Below, piece after piece: positions 1 through 7,003 of a stretch of DNA of 64,000 bases (positions within the stretch are counted from its first letter, which is position 1; each line of letters starts with the position of its first letter). Source of the DNA: Candidatus Fraserbacteria bacterium (GTDB lineage: Bacteria; Bipolaricaulota; Bipolaricaulia; RBG-16-55-9); NCBI GenBank assembly GCA_037442925.1, contig JBBIPG010000002.1, positions 12,916-76,915 of the forward strand, in the 5' to 3' direction. Under the pieces are notes generated by a model. It saw only the letters and a program-made list of their open reading frames with translations, had not been told where the DNA came from and did not search any database. The translations under genes and the position numbers were made by a program.

Positions 1-1894
1 CCGCGTGGTTGTACTCCGGTAGCTTTTTGGCGCCTACCGCCCACTGGGTGTCCAGGGGCATGGGGTCATATCGCCATTGACCAGTATGGAAATACCATAG
101 CGAGGTAGAATTCATGAGTCGCGGCGGCCTTGACCAATCCAGGGCGCCACTCAGATTGACAAAAGCGGCATTGAGGCGGGTGTGCTGCGTCCCGACGTAG
201 TGATTGAAGTTGCCGCCGTTCACCCCGTTGCAACCGCACAGGGCAAGCATCACCGCTTCGTTGCGGTAATACATGGAAGCGCCATGGTACCAATGCTGTA
301 TTCCCGGACCGGTGATGAAGAGTGACTTCCCTCTTGTCTTTTCGGCGTTTTCGGCAAATTCCCTTCCCACCTGGATGGCCAGATTCCGGCTCACGCCCGT
401 CTGTGACTCCTGCCATGCCGGGGTGTAGGGCTTGGGGTCGTCATAGTCCTTCGGATAGTCGCCTCCCAGTCCTCGTGACACGCCCGCCTGGGCCATGAAC
501 AAATCAAAGGCGGTAGTGACGAGCAATTCTTTGCCATCTTTTGTTTTTATTTTTCGAGCGGGGACCTCGCGCAAAAGCTCCTTTGCTTTTTTCATCTTGC
601 CCTGGCTTTCCCCGAGATAGATGCTGAAGGTCTCGGTGAAATCGCTGAAGGAGACCATCGCCCGCAGGTCCTCTTTCCCGAGCAGGGTGAGGAGCGGGTC
701 AAACTCTTCCTTCGTGACGGCATTCTTCAGTTGCAGGTTCCAGTTGCCGGTGGGTTCTTTTTCCCAGCGGAAGCCGATGGAGCCAGTGGGGACATGGAGT
801 TTCCCGTCGGCGTCGGTCATGATCAGTTTCCAGTCAGCGTTTTCTTCACCGGCGTATTCCGCAAGATCTGACGCCCTGAGGAATCGCCCCATCTGGTATT
901 TCTTGCCATCTTTTTCCAGGATGACGAGGAAGGGCAAGTTGGTGTACTTTTTCACGTACTCAGTGAAATAGGGCGTTTCCCTGTCGGCATAAAACTCTTT
1001 GAGGATGACGTGGATGCAGGCCATGAAGTAGGCGCCATCGCTTCCAGGGACGAGCGGCACCCAGAGGTCGGCGTATTTTGAAACATCGGAATAATTGGGT
1101 GACACCACCACGACCTTAGCTCCCCGGTATTTCGCCTCGGGGAGGAAGTGACAGTCGGCAGTGCGAGTCATATTCAGATTCGAGCCAGCGACGATCCAGT
1201 ACGTCCCGTTATACCAGTCGGAGGACTCGCAGTTCTCCGTCTGGTCGGCAAACATGGAAGAGGAGACGTGGGGCAGGTCGTGATACCACTCGTAATAGCT
1301 GCAGTATATGCCGCCAAGCAGGTTGTTATATCGGTGTCCCGAAATGAAGCTGAGCAGGCTCATGGCAGGGATGGGAGAGAAGTTGGCGATGTGGTCGGGC
1401 CCGTATCTTTTGATGGTGTAAATCTGCGCCCCAGCGACCAGCTCCGTCGCCTCGTCCCAGGTCACCCGTTTCCACCCTGCCTTCCCCCTGGCTGACTTGT
1501 ATTTCTTGGCCCTCTCTTCGTCTTCTACGATGCTCGCCCACGCCTCTACCGGGTCCTTGCCCTTTTGGCGCTCCTCCCGGTAATAATCCCACAGAACCTT
1601 GCGAACATAGGGGTATTTGGGCCTAAGTGGGCTGTAAGGGTACCAGGATGCCGTGACTCCTCTCTGGCAGCCCCTGGGCTCCACATTGGGGATGTCTGGG
1701 TCAATTTGGGGATAGTCTGTCTTCTGAAGCTCCCAGCAGATGAGCCCATCTTTGACGAAGACCTCCCAGCTGCAGGCCATGGAGCAATTCACGCCGTGGC
1801 TGCTCCGCACGCTGTAGTCATAGGACCACCTGTTCCGGTAAAAGTCCTCCCAGGAGCGGGAGTCGCTGCTGACGTTGAACCATCTGCTCTTCAT
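1..1894 (-). CDS. narG: NarG-like type II DMSO-reductase-family molybdoenzyme alpha subunit, 5' part (runs off the left edge; absent from the ORF track)
   Basis: Manual translation from ATG 1894 (ATGA overlap with the cytochrome c stop): MKSRWFNV...WEDFYRNRWSYDYSVRSSHGVNCSMACSW...EPRGCQRG (FS0 His/Cys motif), FSPIPAMS, WYHDLP (Mo-ligand Asp), NMTRTAD, HWYH, HYVG, LDWSRPPRLMNSTS. No twin-Arg leader. Family is secure, substrate is not. Confidence 0.88.
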   Translation of the reverse strand, partial: MKSRWFNVSSDSRSWEDFYRNRWSYDYSVRSSHGVNCSMACSWEVFVKDGLICWELQKTDYPQIDPDIPNVEPRGCQRGVTASWYPYSPLRPKYPYVRKVLWDYYREERQKGKDPVEAWASIVEDEERAKKYKSARGKAGWKRVTWDEATELVAGAQIYTIKRYGPDHIANFSPIPAMSLLSFISGHRYNNLLGGIYCSYYEWYHDLPHVSSSMFADQTENCESSDWYNGTYWIVAGSNLNMTRTADCHFLPEAKYRGAKVVVVSPNYSDVSKYADLWVPLVPGSDGAYFMACIHVILKEFYADRETPYFTEYVKKYTNLPFLVILEKDGKKYQMGRFLRASDLAEYAGEENADWKLIMTDADGKLHVPTGSIGFRWEKEPTGNWNLQLKNAVTKEEFDPLLTLLGKEDLRAMVSFSDFTETFSIYLGESQGKMKKAKELLREVPARKIKTKDGKELLVTTAFDLFMAQAGVSRGLGGDYPKDYDDPKPYTPAWQESQTGVSRNLAIQVGREFAENAEKTRGKSLFITGPGIQHWYHGASMYYRNEAVMLALCGCNGVNGGNFNHYVGTQHTRLNAAFVNLSGALDWSRPPRLMNSTSLWYFHTGQWRYDPMPLDTQWAVGAKKLPEYNHA

Positions 1895-2460
1895 GTCCTC
1901 ACCTCCACGCGTTTTCTTGCCGCGATGAGCCCGATCACAGTGAGCGCCACGATGACCAGTACACCGATCGCCAACGTGGGAATATATAGAGCCGGTATGG
2001 CGACGGGAGCTATCTCCTCAGTCTCAGTCGTAGTTTGCAAATAGGCGATGACCGCCTCTACCTGCTGTTCCCTGAGTCCCAGGTTCGGCATGGGAATACC
2101 GAATTCTCTGAGCATGGCCAGCGCGATGGCATCCTCTTCCTTGAGCATCTGGTCCGGTTCGAGGATGAAACGTTTGAGCCAGGCCAGATCGCGCCGCTCG
2201 GTGACGCCCAAAAGATCCGGTCCTACGAGGACGCCTGCGCCGATGGTATGACAAGCGGTACAGTTCAGCTCAAAGAGTTTTCGGCCCTCTTCTTGCTGGG
2301 GGGAAGAGCTTTTAGTGACTACCATGTCAGTAACGCTAAAGATGTCACTAAAAGCTTTTGGGCTGGGTTGAGCGAGCGGCAGCGCGAAGGACCCTCCCAG
2401 CAGAGCGAGCGCGATCACGACGAGCAGTGGTCGCTTGCGTGCGGTGCTTTTCATTCTCAT
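1891..2460 (-). CDS. Membrane-anchored monoheme cytochrome c
   Basis: Signal peptide, CTACH, GPDL, PMPNL (distal Met), C-terminal hydrophobic helix; translationally coupled to the narG-like gene. Confidence 0.9.
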   Translation of the reverse strand: MRMKSTARKRPLLVVIALALLGGSFALPLAQPSPKAFSDIFSVTDMVVTKSSSPQQEEGRKLFELNCTACHTIGAGVLVGPDLLGVTERRDLAWLKRFILEPDQMLKEEDAIALAMLREFGIPMPNLGLREQQVEAVIAYLQTTTETEEIAPVAIPALYIPTLAIGVLVIVALTVIGLIAARKRVEVRT

Positions 2461-2696
2461 CTGGATTGACCTCCCGTTTCTCGTTCTTGCGTAGGCTCCC
2501 CTCTGCAGGCACAGGGGAATGGAAGCCCGCTGATCGTCTTCAGGAAGTCGCGCAGTTGGTCGAGATCGTGAAAATATATCTCACGGCCGCTTTGCACGTG
2601 CTGGCTGTGCCCGCGCCAGCAGCGCTCTCCCTCCGAGCCACGCTCTAACCAGAAGCGTGCGACGAATGAGACCGTCTCCCCAGAACTACTTCCCAA
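2457..2696 (-). CDS. Small hypothetical protein (79 aa)
   Basis: GAGGTG RBS before a TTG start; 4-bp overlap with the cytochrome c start; compact SFVARFWLE...WRG...HVQSG...YF core. Confidence 0.65.
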   Translation of the reverse strand: MGSSSGETVSFVARFWLERGSEGERCWRGHSQHVQSGREIYFHDLDQLRDFLKTISGLPFPCACRGEPTQERETGGQSR

Positions 2697-2728
2697 AGCC
2701 GATCACCTCTAACGAGATGAAGAGACGA

Positions 2729-2767
2729 TGACATATGGCAGTGACAGTCCGGTGACACGGTACGACA
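2729..2767 (-). promoter_or_regulatory. Phased TGTCA/TGTCG direct repeats, putative operator for the BTAD/winged-helix activator
   Basis: TGACA at 2729, 2742, 2753 and CGACA at 2763 on + (spacings 13, 11, 10), upstream of the small ORF-cytochrome c-narG operon. Confidence 0.55.
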
Positions 2768-2796
2768 ACTGGGAGGCGGGAAGAGGTCAGTTGAGT

Positions 2797-4020
2797 TTAG
2801 GGAAGAGTGCTGTGGAGGATCTCTCTATAGAGGTGCTCCGTATCCGGCATCGGAGGGACCCCCAGTTCGCGGGCCAAAAGGGTGCGGCAGCGCTCAAACT
2901 GCGTTAACGCTTCGTCTCGGCGGCCTTGCCGCCACAAATGCTCCATCAGCGCCCGATGGAAGCTCTCTCGACATGGCTCTCTCACCAGAGCCTTCCGGCA
3001 TACCTGAGCGGCTTCGCCATACTCGGCTCGAGCCGCGTATAAGTTTGACATGCGCATGAGCATCTCCAGATAGATCTCCCGCAGACGCTCACGTTCCTCG
3101 GCACACCAGTCAGAATAGCGCTCTTCTTCCAGATAATCCCCCTGGTAGAGGGCTTCCGCGTCTTGATAGTGCCGAAGGGCTTCCTCTGGATTGCCCCGTG
3201 CCTCCAGGGCTTCTCCCTGGCGAACCCGTTCTTCAAAGACGTGGGCATCCAGCCAGAACGCTTCTGGTCGCAGGCGATAGGCTTCCCCAGCCGTCTCGAT
3301 CAACTGGCTTTCTACGCCGGATTCGCGGAGCTTCTTCCGCAAGAAATAGATGGCTACCTTGAGGCTCTCCCTCCCCTGCCGCTCAGAAACTCCAGGCCAC
3401 ACACACTCGATGAGTCGTTCCCGGTGTACAGCTCGGCCCCGCTGCGTGATCAGATATTTCAGCAGCAGCAGGGCCTGTTTCCTGGCCCAGCGGACAACAG
3501 GAATACCTCGATTTGCAACGGCTAGGCAGAAGCATCCCAACGTGTAGACCCGCAAGCCACCCACGGTTGTTTCTTCTGCTTCCAGAGGCCGTACGAAGAT
3601 CACGGCTGTGATGCCCTCATTCTGCGCGGTGCTTTGGGGGATGACCAAGCTGCCTAAGGAGAGCTTCATCCAACTGCCGTCTTTCCGGGGGACGAGGCAA
3701 CTGCGCACCCCAAAGGGCTGATAGGAACAGAAGCAGAGTTTGGCTTGGCACTCTGGCGTGCAGAGCGGCTGGCCATCGGGCAAGATCCCACGAAGTACAG
3801 CGTAGCAAGGTCGGCCAAGAACCTCCTCGGCCCGATGGCCCAACAACTCCTGGGCGCGTGCGTTCCACGCCACGACTTTAAGCTCCTCATCCACGGCGAT
3901 GGCCGCATCCGACGCGAAGTGTACCAAGCTCCTTGCGGCAGACAAGTGGGCTGGATCGGGGTAGGCGTACTGCTCCTGCCCATGAGTTTTCATAAGCTTC
4001 TGCCTTGCCGGTCTGGCCAT
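2797..4020 (-). CDS. PAS + OmpR-type winged helix + BTAD (SARP-like) transcriptional activator
   Basis: N-terminal PAS (DAAIAVD...WNARAQELLG) with Cys cluster; LLKYL...RERLIECVWP winged helix; LYQGDYLEE...W...ERERLR and EPCRE...LM BTAD motifs. Start may be a few codons downstream. Confidence 0.9.
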   Translation of the reverse strand: MARPARQKLMKTHGQEQYAYPDPAHLSAARSLVHFASDAAIAVDEELKVVAWNARAQELLGHRAEEVLGRPCYAVLRGILPDGQPLCTPECQAKLCFCSYQPFGVRSCLVPRKDGSWMKLSLGSLVIPQSTAQNEGITAVIFVRPLEAEETTVGGLRVYTLGCFCLAVANRGIPVVRWARKQALLLLKYLITQRGRAVHRERLIECVWPGVSERQGRESLKVAIYFLRKKLRESGVESQLIETAGEAYRLRPEAFWLDAHVFEERVRQGEALEARGNPEEALRHYQDAEALYQGDYLEEERYSDWCAEERERLREIYLEMLMRMSNLYAARAEYGEAAQVCRKALVREPCRESFHRALMEHLWRQGRRDEALTQFERCRTLLARELGVPPMPDTEHLYREILHSTLP

Positions 4021-4043
4021 GGGATGCGCTCCAGAGAAGAATC

Positions 4044-4832
4044 TTACTCGATGGCGAAGGCGGAAGACAACGATCGGAGCTTTCGCAAGACCCCTGCGAA
4101 ATCCGCGGGTAGCAGCGCTTCAAAGCGGACCGACTCTTGTGTCAGCGGGTGGGTGAACTCCAGTACAGAGGCGTGCAACATCTGCCGCTGCACGCCTAGC
4201 TCTCTGGAGAGTTGCTGATTCAAGCCAGCTTCCCCATACAAGTCATCACCCACGATGGGGCATCCCACGGCGGCGAAGTGTGCCCGCAACTGGTGCGTGC
4301 GTCCAGTGAGCGGTCGAGCCTCAACGAAGGAGAATTTTTCAGCTTTGAACGCGAAGAGCTCCAGGCGCCGGTAGTGCGTTTGAGCGAAGATACCCCCACG
4401 GCGCACCGGCGTCATCCGCGCCAGCCAACGCTTGCGATCCATCTGCTTCTGCAAGGCTAGACGTATCGAGCCTTTGGGGCGAATCTCGCCCACGAGGAGA
4501 GCAAGATATGTCTTGCAAATCTTCTTGAGCTTGAGTTGGCGATTGAGGGATTGTATCGCCGAACGAGTTTTGGCCAGTAAGATCAGACCTGATGTGTCTT
4601 TGTCGAGTCTCTGGGCAAACGCCGGTTGGCAGTCCGATTCTGGCAAATACCTCAGAACAAGGGCCAAGAGCGTACGCTCGCTGGGGTGATGTCGATCCCC
4701 GTGGATCGGCCAGCCGGCAGGCTTATCGATGACCAGTAGATCCGCATCTTCATAGACGATACGCCTCTCAAATTCACACAGTATGAGATCTTGATTCATA
4801 GGCATCTTCAGGAAAAGCAAAGATGGTTTCAT
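4044..4832 (-). CDS. RluA-family pseudouridine synthase
   Basis: IDKPAG, QRLDKDTSG (catalytic Asp), TGRTHQLRAH, PIVGDDLYG, QMLHA. Confidence 0.93.
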   Translation of the reverse strand: MKPSLLFLKMPMNQDLILCEFERRIVYEDADLLVIDKPAGWPIHGDRHHPSERTLLALVLRYLPESDCQPAFAQRLDKDTSGLILLAKTRSAIQSLNRQLKLKKICKTYLALLVGEIRPKGSIRLALQKQMDRKRWLARMTPVRRGGIFAQTHYRRLELFAFKAEKFSFVEARPLTGRTHQLRAHFAAVGCPIVGDDLYGEAGLNQQLSRELGVQRQMLHASVLEFTHPLTQESVRFEALLPADFAGVLRKLRSLSSAFAIE

Positions 4833-4882
4833 CGTAGCTTTGGCCTAGATCCAGAGCAAATCGACACGGCGGGCGAGAGGCG

Positions 4883-4891
4883 TGCTATAAT
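4883..4891 (+). promoter_or_regulatory. Extended -10 promoter for the kbl-crp transcript
   Basis: TGcTATAAT at 4883-4891, then an AGGAG RBS and ATG 4909. Confidence 0.55.
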
Positions 4892-4908
4892 GCTGACAGG
4901 AGAGACGT

Positions 4909-6120
4909 ATGAGTTCGCACACGAAAGCGCACCCAGCTGGGGACAAACTCGATTTCATCCGTCGGAATTTGGAAGAGCTAAAGAAGACGGGACTCTATAA
5001 CCAGATACGCACGATCCAGTCACCCCAGGGAGCCTGGTTGAGGGTGGATGGGAAACGCGTACTGAATTTCTGTTCCAATAACTATCTGGGTCTAGCCAAT
5101 CATCCCGAGATGTGCCAAGCCGCGATGCAGGCTATCGAGGAATACGGTGTGGGGCCGGCTGCCGTGCGCAGCATTGCCGGAACGATGGATCTCCATCTGG
5201 AATTGGAGGAACGGCTGGCGCGCTTTAAGGGAGTGGACGCGGCCATTGCTCTACAATCCGGCTTCAATGCCAATCAAGCCGTGATCCCACTTCTTATGGG
5301 CGAAGGGGATCTCATCGTCAGCGATGAACTCAACCACGCTTCCATCATCGATGGGGTGCGTCTCTCGAAAGCCGATCGGGGAATTTACAAACACTGCGAC
5401 GTAGCGGATCTCAAGGCACGTCTAGAAGAAGCAACTCAGAAGGGCTATGCGAAGGTGCTTGTGATCACCGATGGGGTCTTCTCCATGGATGGAGACATCG
5501 CGCCACTCGACAAGATCGTGGCTGTGTGTGAATCTTGCGGAGCATTGGTCATGGTGGACGACGCTCATGGCGAAGGGGTGTTGGGCAAGGGTGGTCGCGG
5601 GATTGTCGATCACTTCGGCCTGCACGGTCGCGTGGACATCGAAGTGGGAACGCTCTCGAAGGCCTTTGGTGTGGTAGGCGGTTATGTGGCTGGCAAGGGA
5701 CTCATCATTGAGTATCTGCGTCAACGCGCGCGGCCCTTCTTGTTCTCGAGTGCTACGACTCCCGCGGACACGGCAGCTTGCATCGCGGCGGTCGACATTC
5801 TGGAACGTTCTACGGAGCTGGTGGACCATCTGTGGGAAAACACGCATTACTTCAAAGAGAAGATGCTTAAGCTCGGGTTCGATACAGGTCGCAGTCAGAC
5901 GCCCATTGTGCCCGTCATGCTGGGAGAAGCACCTCTGGCTCAGCAGTTCAGCCGAAGGCTCTTTGAAGAAGGGGTCTTCGCCATGGCGATTGGGTATCCC
6001 ACGGTGCCGCAGGGCAAGGCGCGCATTCGCGTCATGATGTCCGCTTCTCATAGCCAGGAGGACCTCGATCAAGGCATTGCGATCTTTCAACAAGTTGGGA
6101 AGGAGCTTGGGGTGATATAA
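4909..6120 (+). CDS. kbl: Glycine C-acetyltransferase / 8-amino-7-oxononanoate synthase family PLP enzyme
   Basis: [43 protein letters not shown] (PLP Lys), ARIRV. Kbl and BioF cannot be fully separated by eye. Confidence 0.85.
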   Translation: MSSHTKAHPAGDKLDFIRRNLEELKKTGLYNQIRTIQSPQGAWLRVDGKRVLNFCSNNYLGLANHPEMCQAAMQAIEEYGVGPAAVRSIAGTMDLHLELEERLARFKGVDAAIALQSGFNANQAVIPLLMGEGDLIVSDELNHASIIDGVRLSKADRGIYKHCDVADLKARLEEATQKGYAKVLVITDGVFSMDGDIAPLDKIVAVCESCGALVMVDDAHGEGVLGKGGRGIVDHFGLHGRVDIEVGTLSKAFGVVGGYVAGKGLIIEYLRQRARPFLFSSATTPADTAACIAAVDILERSTELVDHLWENTHYFKEKMLKLGFDTGRSQTPIVPVMLGEAPLAQQFSRRLFEEGVFAMAIGYPTVPQGKARIRVMMSASHSQEDLDQGIAIFQQVGKELGVI

Positions 6121-6123
6121 AGC

Positions 6124-6813
6124 GTGGTCGTCTCGGAGCGTTGCAAGTATTGCCTTAACGAGGCGTGCATCTTCCTCAACGTGAGTCGAGATGAGATATC
6201 GTTCCACCCGGAGGACTTCACGCGATCCCTCGAATACCAGCCGGGTCAGACGCTCTTCCCCGAGGGCGCGCCCCTGTACGGGTACTCGATCATCTGTGAA
6301 GGTGCCGTGAAGCTGGTGCGGCGTCTCAAGGAGGGCAGAAGAGTCATCGTCGCAGTGCTGGGACCAGGCGATATCCTGGGCTTGTCAGCGACTCGTGAAG
6401 GGCATTTCGCTTTGGAGGCGGAGGCGTTGGATAGGACGCAGGTGGGTTTCATAGATAAAGGGGACTTCATCCGGCTTCTTGAGAGATACCCGCGCTTGGC
6501 TGCCGCGCTCGTGCAGAAACTATCGGAAGAAGTGTCTCAGCTTCAGGAGCGTCTCTTTGCGACCGCTCGGCAGAGTGCGAGGGGCAAGTTGGCCTATCTG
6601 CTCCTGCAATTGGTTGCCTCCTATGGTCGAAAACATCCGCAGGGAACCCTTATTGATCTGGAACTCACTCGGTCAGAACTGGCGGAGATGATTGGGGTGG
6701 CCCGCGAGACGGTCAGCTTGACTCTCGGTCAGTTGAAGTCCAGAGGGTTAATTGCCCTAGAAGGCCACAAGATTGTGATCCTCAATGAGATGGGTCTTGA
6801 GAACCTTTTCTGA
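6124..6813 (+). CDS. Crp/Fnr-family regulator with N-terminal CxxCx4C
   Basis: cNMP-like barrel (GAVKLVR...GPGDILG); HTH LTRSELAEMIGVARETVS; CKYCLNEAC at the N-terminus. Confidence 0.92.
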   Translation: MVVSERCKYCLNEACIFLNVSRDEISFHPEDFTRSLEYQPGQTLFPEGAPLYGYSIICEGAVKLVRRLKEGRRVIVAVLGPGDILGLSATREGHFALEAEALDRTQVGFIDKGDFIRLLERYPRLAAALVQKLSEEVSQLQERLFATARQSARGKLAYLLLQLVASYGRKHPQGTLIDLELTRSELAEMIGVARETVSLTLGQLKSRGLIALEGHKIVILNEMGLENLF

Positions 6814-6919
6814 CTGCACCGCGTGGCATAGATCTCAATGGTGACCGGTCATTGATAGCGAACAGGAAGGTTTGCCATCGCGCTCACGGGCCATTTATGT
6901 GAGAAGACCAACGCTATTT

Positions 6920-6962
6920 TGTGAGAATTCTCACAGCACAACTTCCGCAAAAGAGCTAATCT
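6920..6962 (+). promoter_or_regulatory. Perfect CRP-type box with class II promoter geometry
   Basis: TGTGAGAATTCTCACA (6920-6935) is a perfect TGTGA-N6-TCACA palindrome; -10 TAATCT at 6957-6962 places its centre near -41.5; extra TGTGAGAA half-site at 6898. Confidence 0.85.
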
Positions 6963-7003
6963 AAGCTGTCGGTAGCCGCTAGTGGTTACCACTGAACAGG
7001 CAG

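Noticed and set aside
66..2044. Several short ORFs in the track over 66-2044
   Set aside because: Shadows of the narG-like frame, which the track missed because it has no stop inside the window.
6835..6855. TCAATG-N9-CATTGA inverted repeat after the crp gene
   Set aside because: Short stem and no U-tract; cannot distinguish terminator, operator or chance.
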